This document shows positions 8,796-17,158 of a stretch of DNA of 17,463 nt, piece by piece. Positions within the stretch are counted from its first letter, which is position 1; every line of letters begins with the position of its first letter. The translations under genes were made by a program, and so were the position numbers. Source of the DNA: Candidatus Wukongarchaeum yapensis. Lineage in GTDB: Archaea; Asgardarchaeota; Wukongarchaeia; Wukongarchaeales; Wukongarchaeaceae. The stretch spans positions 1 through 17,463 of the forward strand of contig JAEOSI010000022.1 of NCBI GenBank assembly GCA_016840425.1, read 5' to 3'. Under the pieces are notes generated by a model. The model was not told the origin of the DNA, did not search any database, and worked only from the letters and a program-made list of their open reading frames with translations.

Positions 8796-9770
8796 TTATT
8801 TTAGCCGTTTTGCGATATCTTTTGCGAAATAGGTGAGGATAATGTCTGCTCCTGCCCTTTTTATCGAAGTCAAAGTTTCCATAACTACTCTTTTTTCATC
8901 AATCCATCTCTTTTCAGCTGCAGCTTTTATCATGGCAAACTCGCCACTAACATTATAAGCTGCTGTAACGACTTTAAATTTCGTTTTTATCCTGTAAAGG
9001 ATGTCTAGATAAGCGAGGGCAGGTTTCACCATGACGATATCTGCTCCTTCCCTTATATCTAACTCTACTTCATGAAGCGCTTCTTCTACATTTCTTGGAT
9101 CCATTTGATAACTTGCTCTGTCTCCAAAAGAGGGAGCAGAGCCCGCAGCTTCCCTAAAAGGTCCGTAAAAACTTGATGCATATTTTGCTGCATAACTCAT
9201 AATTGTTACATCTTCAAACCCTTCTTTATCTAACTCTTTTCTAATGGCGAGAACTCTACCATCCATCATATCAGAAGGTGCTGCTATGTCTGCTCCTGCT
9301 TCTGCATGGCTTACCGCTGTCTTTGCAAGCAGTTTAAGGGTTGGATCGTTCAAAATCTTTCCACCTTCCACAATCCCACAATGCCCATGGGACATATATT
9401 CACAAAGGCAAATATCAGTGATCACCACCAATCTATCTCCCAGCTCTCTCTTTATTTCGCGAACCGTCTGTTGAATAATGCCGTTTTTTGCATAAGCTTG
9501 GCTTGCGATTTCATCCTTTTCCTGGGGTATTCCGAAGAGAATAGTGGCAGGTATCCCAAGTTCAGTTAATTCTATCGCTTCTTTAACCGCGTGCTCTATT
9601 GGGAGCCTATAGTTTCCAGGCATGCTTTGTATAGGCTCAGGTCTTTCAATGTTTTCCTTTACAAAAATCGGGAAAATTAAGTCATTAACAGTCAAAACGG
9701 TTTCTGACACCATATCCCTAATTTTCTTGTTTTTTCGGAGCCTACGCATCCTTTTAAGTGGAAAACTCAT
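8796..9770 (-). CDS. hemB: Porphobilinogen synthase (Zn-type ALA dehydratase)
   Basis: RMRRLR, Zn-binding [40 protein letters not shown] and MVKPA motifs. Confidence 0.97.
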   Translation of the reverse strand: MSFPLKRMRRLRKNKKIRDMVSETVLTVNDLIFPIFVKENIERPEPIQSMPGNYRLPIEHAVKEAIELTELGIPATILFGIPQEKDEIASQAYAKNGIIQQTVREIKRELGDRLVVITDICLCEYMSHGHCGIVEGGKILNDPTLKLLAKTAVSHAEAGADIAAPSDMMDGRVLAIRKELDKEGFEDVTIMSYAAKYASSFYGPFREAAGSAPSFGDRASYQMDPRNVEEALHEVELDIREGADIVMVKPALAYLDILYRIKTKFKVVTAAYNVSGEFAMIKAAAEKRWIDEKRVVMETLTSIKRAGADIILTYFAKDIAKRLK

Positions 9771-9774
9771 CTTT

Positions 9775-10470
9775 TTAACCCTCCTTAAAAGATTTTAACT
9801 CTTTTTCATAACAAACCTGCTCTATAATGGACATAGCAATGTTTTTTGCTTGTTCTATATCGTTTTCGTCAAGGGCACGATCAACCTTTAAATCCACTAA
9901 AATCCTTTTTAAAAGGGCTTTTCTTTCCCTTTCTTCAGGTATCCTGCGTTTAATTATTTTCCTTGCATAAGCTTGAATCTCCACCATCATCTTCTCTTTT
10001 TCCCGAACAATTTTTGAAATCTTTCGCTTTAAGTACGCTGACATGAGGGGGCTTCTACCACTAGTTGCTACAGCAACTGTTATACTATTCTCCTCGAAAA
10101 TAGCTGGAAAGATAACATTACCCTCCCCCCTCCCATCAACTCTGTTTATTAAAACACCCTTAGAAGAACCTGCCTTATGAATCACTTCGTTCAATTCAAG
10201 ATCATTCGTGGCAATAATCAAAAGAAAAGCATCACCTATTAAACGCGAGATTTCCCCTTCATCCAAAGCATTAAGCTTTGCAGAGATCATTTGCAATTTT
10301 CCCTCTCTGGCAAACTTCTTTATTGTATTGCTAAAACTTTCACTAACCACATCTAACATCTTGCATTTGTCTACAAGTTGTTTAACCTTTCTCGTCCCCA
10401 CCTTTCCGCCACCAAAGATCACCACATGCTTCTTAGTAAGATCTATAAAAAGCGGAAAATATTCCACCAT
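9775..10470 (-). CDS. sirC: Precorrin-2 dehydrogenase (SirC / CysG N-terminal-like)
   Basis: FPLFIDL, Rossmann [18 protein letters not shown] and VATSGRSP motifs; start placed at ATG 10470. Confidence 0.85.
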   Translation of the reverse strand: MVEYFPLFIDLTKKHVVIFGGGKVGTRKVKQLVDKCKMLDVVSESFSNTIKKFAREGKLQMISAKLNALDEGEISRLIGDAFLLIIATNDLELNEVIHKAGSSKGVLINRVDGRGEGNVIFPAIFEENSITVAVATSGRSPLMSAYLKRKISKIVREKEKMMVEIQAYARKIIKRRIPEERERKALLKRILVDLKVDRALDENDIEQAKNIAMSIIEQVCYEKELKSFKEG

Positions 10471-10547
10471 TTTCAACCACAACCAAAAACTTCATCCTAC
10501 AAATCCGGCCCAGTTTACTTGAAAGCTTTTCATTCACTTTTTGTAGA

Positions 10548-11438
10548 TCAAACGCCTAAAAGCTGATCCACATAATCGAAGTCTATAGTCTCACCCACGA
10601 TATTACAAAATTTATCAAGGTTTTGCAGCCAAACTTTCCTCACATCATCTAAGTTACTATTGGTTTTTTTGGTGTTTCTTTTTTGTGGGTTGAAACGTGT
10701 TATGTTAAGGGTTATCGAGTCTTCTGCAGGGAGGACAAGGTCTTCTATGTAGGGCACTACGCCTAAAACTCTTTTTTTTGTTCTTTTTTCAAGGTATTTT
10801 ATGCCTGGTTCCAGTATCTTTTGGTCTCCTCTAAACTTGTTAATAATAAAGCCTTTAATGAGCTTCTTTTCCGGATATCTTAACAGTTCTAAGGTTCCAA
10901 TTAAGCCTGCAAAAACACCTCCAGGGTCAATATCCCCAATCATCAAAACGGGAGAGTCGAAGATCTGTGCAACACGCATGTTAGAAATATCACTTTTCAT
11001 TAAGTTTATCTCGCTTGGGGCTCCCGCTCCCTCAATAATTACCATATCATAACGGTTCAACAAATCTTTCAATGCTTCTCTAATGCGAGGAAAACCCTCC
11101 TTTATTGCAAAGTATTTCCGATAATCTGGAAAACTCATATCCTGATAAGGTTTTCCAAAAAGGATAATCTGGACTTTTTCCCCTCCTTTAGGCTTTAAAA
11201 GGATCGGATTCATCATTTCAGCGGGTTCTATGTTACACGCCATGGCTTGAAACGCTTGAGCTACAGCAATTTCTCGACCATTAGCGGTAACAAAAGAGTT
11301 TAGAGAAAGATTTTGTGCTTTAAAAGGAGCAACATTATATCCCATCTTAGAGTAAATCCTGCAAAAAGCAGCTGTAAACAAGCTTTTACCACTATGCGTC
11401 AACGTGCTTTGAAACATTAACGAACAAGCCTTTTCCAT
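10548..11438 (-). CDS. Cobyric acid synthase paralog with synthetase domain only (no glutaminase domain)
   Basis: P-loop STLTHSGKS, PFKAQNLSLNS, NPILLKP, IEGAGAPSEINL, INKFRGD and LPAEDS motifs are present. No GxCGGYQ or GTYLHG motif. The frame is intact at 296 aa. Confidence 0.85.
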   Translation of the reverse strand: MEKACSLMFQSTLTHSGKSLFTAAFCRIYSKMGYNVAPFKAQNLSLNSFVTANGREIAVAQAFQAMACNIEPAEMMNPILLKPKGGEKVQIILFGKPYQDMSFPDYRKYFAIKEGFPRIREALKDLLNRYDMVIIEGAGAPSEINLMKSDISNMRVAQIFDSPVLMIGDIDPGGVFAGLIGTLELLRYPEKKLIKGFIINKFRGDQKILEPGIKYLEKRTKKRVLGVVPYIEDLVLPAEDSITLNITRFNPQKRNTKKTNSNLDDVRKVWLQNLDKFCNIVGETIDFDYVDQLLGV

Positions 11439-11443
11439 TCGCC

Positions 11444-13378
11444 TTAACTCTCCACAAAAGGTAACTCTAAGAAGCGAAAAATTTCCGTCATTCTAACTTT
11501 TTCAGTGACAACTCTTGTCAATCTATCCAAACTTTCCTCTATCACTTCACGCCTAGTAACCGATCTTTCATCAAATTTTTCAACAACTTTTTTCTCTCCC
11601 CTCTTCTTTTTAAGATAGTTAATCAACGGTTTACGTAATCCTGGATAATCAAAAACCCCATGCAAATAAGTACCCAAAACCGTCATCTCCTTATTCAAAG
11701 CCCCTTCTAAACAGTCTACATCATCCTTCCCCCGCTTAAAGATATTAAAAGGCGCTTTCACATCTTTTCCCCTCTCAGTCACCCCCATATGAATCTCATA
11801 TCCAGAAATCCTCCTTCTTTTCTCCAGAAATCCTCCATCAATCACTATCTCGCCCTTAACCTGTGTCGTAACCTTATCATAAACGTCAAAAACTGTCACC
11901 ACATCTAAAAGGCCAAGCCCCTCGTATGTAGCGCCAACATCTCCCTCCAATCCCTTTTCATCCACAATTCTTTTTCCTATTATTTGATAGCCACCACAAA
12001 CACCAATAACAGGAACGCCCTCCGCCGCCATTTTAACTATGGTTGAAGCCAAATCAGTATCCCTCAACCATAAAAGATCTTTAACCGTGTTTTTCGTTCC
12101 AGGAACTATTATGAGGGAAACATCCTCAAGCTCCCTTGGAGAACGAATAAACTTAACGTAGACGTCTTCATGACTCGCTAAAGCATCAAAATCGGTAAAA
12201 TTAGAAATTCTTGGCAGACGAATCACGCCAATTACAACACTCGCGTCTCCCCTCGTCCCTTTATCTTTTATACCCACGGAATCCTCTTCAGGAAGTTGCA
12301 GATCTTCAAGGAAAGGAATGATACCCAAGACCGGAATCCTCGTCCTTATTTTCAACTCCACAATTCCTGGATCAAGATTTTTAGGGTTGCCCCTAAACTT
12401 ATTAATAACAGCACCTTTAACAATCCTTTTTTCCGCTTCTGAAAGTAATAAGAGTGTCCCGTAAAGATACGCGAAAACGCCGCCTCGTTCAATATCTGCC
12501 ACTAAAATCGCTGGAAAGTTCTCCTCTACAGCTATTCTAAGGTTTGAAATATCAAAATCTTTAATGTTAATCTCTGCAGGACTACCAGCTCCCTCGATAA
12601 TTATGATGTCAAATTCTTCCTTAAGTTTTTTAAGCGCTTTTTTAACTACCTCAAAACCTTTACCTGTAGAAAAGTTTGCGTAGTATGATCTACCGTCCAT
12701 GTCAGCATAAGGTTTACCAAGAACAATAACCTGGGACATCATGTCTCCTTTAGGTTTAAGCAGTATGGGATTCATCTCAGCCTGTGGTTCCACTTTTGCA
12801 GCAATAGCCTGAAGCGTTTGCGCCCACGCTATCTCCGCCCCTTCTCTCGTCACAAAAGAGTTCAAACTCATATTCTGCGCCTTAAAAGGTGCAACCCTAA
12901 ACCCAGCATCAGAAAAAATCCTACAAAGAGCCGCTACAAGAAGACTCTTACCCGCGTTAGACGAAGTTCCTACCACCATAAGCAACCTAGCATGGTTATC
13001 TCCCTCAAAATTAATACCCAAAATCTTCCGACGAATTTTAAGAAGCTCTTCACGCGTTAATTTTGCCCCACCTTCCACTTCTCTTACTTCTTTTAAAATG
13101 CGTTCAACAACCTCGGGCTCATGAACCCACCTACACTCTTTACAACTCCACCGCCACTTCCTAGAACGTCTCCCTTTTACCATCATACCTCCCGTATAAG
13201 GATCCATACAAGGATAAAAAGGACAAAAACAAAAAGTACAATCCTGTCCCTCAAAATGACAAGTACTCCCATACTTAAGATAATAGGGGCAATCTACCCT
13301 TATACCCACCGGGGCTTTAATCTCTTTTAAATCGTCCCAGCCTTGATTTTGAGCCTTATGTCCTTTTACATTCATCAA
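11444..13378 (-). CDS. cbiP: Cobyric acid synthase with N-terminal Cys-rich small domain
   Basis: GTSSNAGKS, PFKAQNMSLNS, EGAGSPAEIN, RLPRISNFTDFDAL, GVCGGYQ, GYEIH and GTYLHG motifs. About 125-aa N-terminal extension with 8 Cys. Start is TTG 13378 or ATG 13375. Confidence 0.95.
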   Translation of the reverse strand: MMNVKGHKAQNQGWDDLKEIKAPVGIRVDCPYYLKYGSTCHFEGQDCTFCFCPFYPCMDPYTGGMMVKGRRSRKWRWSCKECRWVHEPEVVERILKEVREVEGGAKLTREELLKIRRKILGINFEGDNHARLLMVVGTSSNAGKSLLVAALCRIFSDAGFRVAPFKAQNMSLNSFVTREGAEIAWAQTLQAIAAKVEPQAEMNPILLKPKGDMMSQVIVLGKPYADMDGRSYYANFSTGKGFEVVKKALKKLKEEFDIIIIEGAGSPAEINIKDFDISNLRIAVEENFPAILVADIERGGVFAYLYGTLLLLSEAEKRIVKGAVINKFRGNPKNLDPGIVELKIRTRIPVLGIIPFLEDLQLPEEDSVGIKDKGTRGDASVVIGVIRLPRISNFTDFDALASHEDVYVKFIRSPRELEDVSLIIVPGTKNTVKDLLWLRDTDLASTIVKMAAEGVPVIGVCGGYQIIGKRIVDEKGLEGDVGATYEGLGLLDVVTVFDVYDKVTTQVKGEIVIDGGFLEKRRRISGYEIHMGVTERGKDVKAPFNIFKRGKDDVDCLEGALNKEMTVLGTYLHGVFDYPGLRKPLINYLKKKRGEKKVVEKFDERSVTRREVIEESLDRLTRVVTEKVRMTEIFRFLELPFVES

Positions 13379-13438
13379 ATTTCCTCACAAATCATGCTTT
13401 CTACTAAGATTTAACTTGCATTATCTCACCAATATCCA

Positions 13439-13446
13439 CTTATAAA
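13439..13446 (-). promoter_or_regulatory. Probable TATA box of the cbiP operon
   Basis: TTTATAAG on the minus strand, about 60 nt upstream of the cbiP start. Confidence 0.4.
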
Positions 13447-13450
13447 CATA

Positions 13451-13466
13451 TAGGTTAATTAACCTA
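13451..13466. promoter_or_regulatory. Perfect 16-bp palindrome, TAGG-N8-CCTA copy 3
   Basis: TAGGTTAATTAACCTA, adjacent to the putative BRE/TATA of cbiP. Confidence 0.55.
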
Positions 13467-13475
13467 CCCTTACTT

Positions 13476-13519
13476 TGTATTACGATTGTATTACAGAACA
13501 CAACTTTTAAGTACTAACT
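13476..13519 (+). promoter_or_regulatory. Tandem GTANTAC boxes + BRE/TATA upstream of the trpD-like gene
   Basis: TGTATTAC-GAT-TGTATTAC-AGAACACAAC-TTTTAAGTA; 37/44 identical to 17160-17203. Confidence 0.7.
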
Positions 13520-13601
13520 TATCAGCGGTTGCGGTATATTTTGGCAAAATTAAACCTATTATACAAATCTGTTAGAACAAAGGTAAAGGAGTTTCAAGGA
13601 A

Positions 13602-14714
13602 ATGGTTTTTGATGGGTTGATGTTGAAAGATTTTGGTGCTAAGGTGTATAGATTAATAAAGGGTAAAAGCCTCACAAGGGAAGAAGTTAGAGAGATGATG
13701 AAACAAACACTTTTAAACGAACAACCAGATCTCCATCAAGGCGCTTTTCTTGCAGCGATAACAGCGAAAGATTCTACTCCTGAGGAGATTGCTGGTTGTT
13801 GGGAAGCTGTATATGAGTATGATACTGTGAAAGTTACTCCAAATGTTTCAGGACCTTTGGTTGAAAATTGTGGCACGGGAATGGATGACATTAAAACTTT
13901 TAATATTAGTACTGCGGCGGCGGTAGTGGGCGCAGCTGGGGGTGTTTATATGGCTAAACATGGGGCAAGGGCTATAACTTCTAAGTGTGGTGCTGTGGAT
14001 ATAGCAGAAGCTTTGGGTGTAGATGTTGAATGTAATCCCGAGCTTGTGGAGAAGAGTATAGAGAACGCTGGAATCGGGCTCTTTAACGGGATGAGTTTAA
14101 AAATTCATTCAAAAATGGCTAGGATTTTGGCTCAAATCAGGTTTGGTTCAATTTTGAACATTTCAGCATCCCTTGCTAATCCCGCCCTTCCACCCTATGG
14201 AGTGAGGGGGGTTTATTCAAAAGATTTAGTCGTGCTTGTTGCCAAAGCGATGAAAGAGATTGGTTATGAAAGGGCTCTTGTGTTTTGCGGTTTGAATGGT
14301 GATCAGACAAAGGTTATAGACGAGATCTCAATCCTTGGTGAAACTTTTATAGCTGAAATTTCTGAAAAGAACGGAATTGCCACGTATACGGTTACCCCTG
14401 AGGAATTTATGATAAAGCGTTGTGATGAGGGCGCGATACTTTCAACAGGAGATGTGGAAAAAGAGAGTTTAAGTCTTTTAAGGATTTTAAGCGGTAAGGA
14501 TAAGGGACCAAGGTTTGAGATATTATGCCTTAATGTTGCCCCCATACTTTACATAACAGGCAAAGCTAAAAGTCTTGGAGAAGGATATAAGATGGCAAAA
14601 GAGATCATTGATTCTGGAAAAGCGATTGATAAGCTTAGAGAATGGCTAAAAGAGCAAAACAGTGACCCTGATAAAGCTGAGAAAAGGCTTGGAAAATTGT
14701 TAGAAAATGCCTAA
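13602..14714 (+). CDS. Anthranilate phosphoribosyltransferase-like protein (glycosyltransferase family 3), probably not acting on anthranilate
   Basis: ENCGTGMD..TFNIST, AKHGAR, LANPA and DEIS match the TrpD fold. The canonical GTGGD and KHGN motifs are altered, and no trp genes lie nearby. Confidence 0.8.
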   Translation: MVFDGLMLKDFGAKVYRLIKGKSLTREEVREMMKQTLLNEQPDLHQGAFLAAITAKDSTPEEIAGCWEAVYEYDTVKVTPNVSGPLVENCGTGMDDIKTFNISTAAAVVGAAGGVYMAKHGARAITSKCGAVDIAEALGVDVECNPELVEKSIENAGIGLFNGMSLKIHSKMARILAQIRFGSILNISASLANPALPPYGVRGVYSKDLVVLVAKAMKEIGYERALVFCGLNGDQTKVIDEISILGETFIAEISEKNGIATYTVTPEEFMIKRCDEGAILSTGDVEKESLSLLRILSGKDKGPRFEILCLNVAPILYITGKAKSLGEGYKMAKEIIDSGKAIDKLREWLKEQNSDPDKAEKRLGKLLENA

Positions 14715-14890
14715 AAAAAGAAAGAAGGAAAAAACCTCCATGCTCTCTTGAAAATAAGTTTTGTGGAATTTTCCACGCGATTTTATTTTTTTTGCTCTTT
14801 TAATCTCGTTTTTCTTTTTTAGCTCCTTGATTTCGACGCTTTTGCTTTTCTTTCGAGGTAGTTGGCACGACTTTAGAAGGTGACACTTTG

Positions 14891-15943
14891 ATGAAGGCAG
14901 CGATTTTGAAGCGTGTATGCGAGATGAAAGTAATGGAATTTGAGAGGCCTCAAGTTGTTTCTGGTGGTCTTTTAGTCGAGGTTGGCGCGTGTGGGATATG
15001 TCGTACTGATGTTAAAATGTATCACAAGGGTCACAGGGATTTAAAATTGCCTCGTGTCCTCGGTCATGAAGTTAGTGGTACCATTCTGGAGGTTGGGAGA
15101 GAGGTAAAAGAATATTTTGATGTGGATATGCGTGTTCAAATAGCGCCAGGCATTGTTTGCGGCATGTGTCGTTACTGTCTTATGGACGCTCCTAATATGT
15201 GTGATCGTATGCGCATTATTGGATTTCATCTTGATGGAGGGTTTGCGGAATACATATGGGTGCCTCCTAGCGCTATTAGGAGTGGTTGTGTAAATCCCCT
15301 TCCTCCAAGTCTTTCTTTTGAGGTCGCGTCTCTTGTAGAGTTGTTGGCATGTTGCATTAATAGTCAGCGGCTTGCCAGGGTGGGATTAAAGGACGTTGTA
15401 GTGGTTATTGGTTGCGGTCCTGCTGGAGTGTTGCAGGCTAAACTTGCTCGTTTTTTTGGAGCAGAAAGCGTGATAGTTATTGAGAAGGACCCTAAAAGGG
15501 TGGAGATGGCAAAACAGGTTGTTAGAGAAGCTGACATGGTTGTCAACAGTTCTTCTGAAGATCCTTTGGAGGTGGTTGCTTCTGTTACGGATGGTAGAGG
15601 GGCAGATGTAGTTATTATCGCTTGTTCTAATGGTAATGCCCAGCTTCAAGGTTTGGAGATGCTTGCTAAACGTGGGCGTTTAAGCATGTTTAGCGGACTT
15701 CCTTCAGAAACCCCAGTTATCTTGTTGAACAGTAATGAGATTCATTATAAAGAGGCACAAATTATTGGAGCTTATGGTTGTACTTCTTTACAAAATCATC
15801 AAGCTATATGGTTGCTTGGAAGTGAAAAAATAGACGTTTCTGGTTTGATAACTCATCGTTTTAAGCTTGATGATATACTAGAAGGGTTCAAGATCATAGA
15901 AATCAAAAAAGGACTTAAAGCCGTGATTAAAACAAAAAAATAG
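14891..15943 (+). CDS. Zn-dependent medium-chain dehydrogenase (sorbitol/iditol/threonine dehydrogenase-like)
   Basis: Catalytic Zn motifs CGICRTD and LGHE, structural Zn CGMCRYC-x7-C, and NAD-binding IGCGPAG. ATG 14891 follows an in-frame TTG at 14888. Confidence 0.9.
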   Translation: MKAAILKRVCEMKVMEFERPQVVSGGLLVEVGACGICRTDVKMYHKGHRDLKLPRVLGHEVSGTILEVGREVKEYFDVDMRVQIAPGIVCGMCRYCLMDAPNMCDRMRIIGFHLDGGFAEYIWVPPSAIRSGCVNPLPPSLSFEVASLVELLACCINSQRLARVGLKDVVVVIGCGPAGVLQAKLARFFGAESVIVIEKDPKRVEMAKQVVREADMVVNSSSEDPLEVVASVTDGRGADVVIIACSNGNAQLQGLEMLAKRGRLSMFSGLPSETPVILLNSNEIHYKEAQIIGAYGCTSLQNHQAIWLLGSEKIDVSGLITHRFKLDDILEGFKIIEIKKGLKAVIKTKK

Positions 15944-16072
15944 GAGGTATTTTTGAGAAAATTTCAACCTTTTCTTTGTGGATAAAGATGTAAAAGATGA
16001 GAGAATGGAATGATTCGGGTTTTTTACCAGTTAATTTTTTAGTATAAAGTGAAGTTTTTGATGTAGTAAAGG

Positions 16073-16088
16073 TAAATATACGTAGTAC
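16073..16088 (+). promoter_or_regulatory. TATA-like box followed by one GTAGTAC box upstream of the RHH-CblS gene
   Basis: TAAATATA-C-GTAGTAC; a 1-mismatch box TGTAGTAA lies at 16062-16069. Confidence 0.35.
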
Positions 16089-16159
16089 TAGTTTTTGAGT
16101 GTTTTTTGATAAGGGGATAAAGTCACTAGCTTTAGACTAAGCCACAGGAGTGGGTAATA

Positions 16160-17089
16160 GTGGGAACTAAGGTAGTAAACTGTCGTTTACCAGAAAAGAC
16201 CGTAGATGAATTAAACGCTTTTGCTAAACGTTTCAACTTAACTAAATCTAGCATAATAAGACAAGCTTTAATCACTTACATAGAAATGCTAAAAAACGCG
16301 AACCAAATCTTGGTTCCGAATTTTAAGGTTAATCCTTCACAATTAGCAATAAACAGAAGACATAACTGCACTTTTATACGATTCCCAAATAAAATGGTCT
16401 TAGTGTTAGGTTGTATTTCCTCAGGTAGTATCGGGCCTAATTCTATGGATAAATTAAAGGTTAGCGGGTTTCTTCTAGGAAAGTTAACTACTAGGGCCGC
16501 TTTAATGGACATTATATCGATTAATGCTTGGCCAATATCAATTGCAGCAACATTATGTGTGAAAATGGACCCAACAGGATCGGAAATAATAAGGGGAATT
16601 AAAACAGAAATGGTTAGAGCAGATCTAGATCCGTTAATTTTAACCGTAGATACGGAAGAGAATTTTGATACCGAACAAACAGGCATCGGCCTAACTGTTA
16701 TAGGATTAACTCATGAAGAAGATTTGAAAATCGGAACAAGTCAAATAGGTGACGTGATAATAGCTGTAGGAAAACCATGTGTTGGTCAAGAAGTACTAGA
16801 AGCAAAATCACGTAAAGAAATAGCGGATTTAAAAGATATTATAAGCTTTTTGAAGCTTGAGTATGTACATGGAATAATGCCTGTTGATACAGAAGGAATA
16901 CTTAGCAAAGCTAACCTATTAGCTCATTCGATCGGTAAAAATGTAAAGTTCTACGAAAACATCAAATTTGATTTAGAGAAGTCAGCTGGTCCTTCTACAA
17001 CAGTGTTAGTTACGGTCGACAAGAATAAAGTAAAAGAGTTTTTAAAATATTTGTATAAACCTTATTCTCTTATTGGAGAAATCGTCTAA
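16160..17089 (+). CDS. Ribbon-helix-helix DNA-binding domain fused to an alpha-ribazole kinase (CblS)/PurM-like domain; putative transcription factor
   Basis: Residues 1-45 (KVVNCRLPEKTVDELNAFAKRFNLTKSSIIRQAL) follow the CopG/NikR RHH pattern. The remainder has CblS-type motifs MDPTGSEIIRGI, TEENF, QTGIGLTVIG, VGKPCVGQEV and KSAGPSTTVLV. GTG start 7 nt after AGGAGTG. Confidence 0.8.
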   Translation: MGTKVVNCRLPEKTVDELNAFAKRFNLTKSSIIRQALITYIEMLKNANQILVPNFKVNPSQLAINRRHNCTFIRFPNKMVLVLGCISSGSIGPNSMDKLKVSGFLLGKLTTRAALMDIISINAWPISIAATLCVKMDPTGSEIIRGIKTEMVRADLDPLILTVDTEENFDTEQTGIGLTVIGLTHEEDLKIGTSQIGDVIIAVGKPCVGQEVLEAKSRKEIADLKDIISFLKLEYVHGIMPVDTEGILSKANLLAHSIGKNVKFYENIKFDLEKSAGPSTTVLVTVDKNKVKEFLKYLYKPYSLIGEIV

Positions 17090-17158
17090 AACTTTTTTTA
17101 AATTAGCGAAAACGTGCCAAAATAACTTAAAGAACAACGAAACATTTATTCTAAACTT

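Noticed and set aside
199-12000. Many short antisense or overlapping ORFs in the track (e.g. 199-495, 1555-1896, 4254-4643, 7150-7491, 10208-10522)
   Set aside because: They lie opposite or within well-supported conserved genes and show no recognisable motifs; treated as shadow ORFs.
13379-13601. Cobalamin riboswitch in the intergenic regions (also checked 2702-2912, 14715-14890, 15944-16159, 17090-17315)
   Set aside because: No B12-box-like conserved core (GGGAA...GCCACTG) and no long GC-paired stems; the regions are AT-rich and explained by promoter elements.
13602-14714. Calling this gene trpD
   Set aside because: The anthranilate-contacting Asn is replaced, no trp genes are adjacent, and it shares a promoter element with cobT; gene symbol withheld.
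14713-14850. A-rich tract followed by T-rich tracts between the trpD-like and MDR genes
   Set aside because: No clean hairpin; consistent with ordinary archaeal oligo-T termination signals, so no specific call.
15942-15985. Strong SD AGGAGGT after the MDR stop, followed by a TTG-started 10-codon ORF (MRKFQPFLCG)
   Set aside because: Too short, only a 4-nt spacer, and no homology evident. It could be a remnant of a lost gene but cannot be supported.
11500-16100. Switch from C-rich to G-rich plus strand around 13.5 kb, suggestive of a replication origin
   Set aside because: It coincides with the change in gene orientation; no ORB-like repeats or cdc6 are present.
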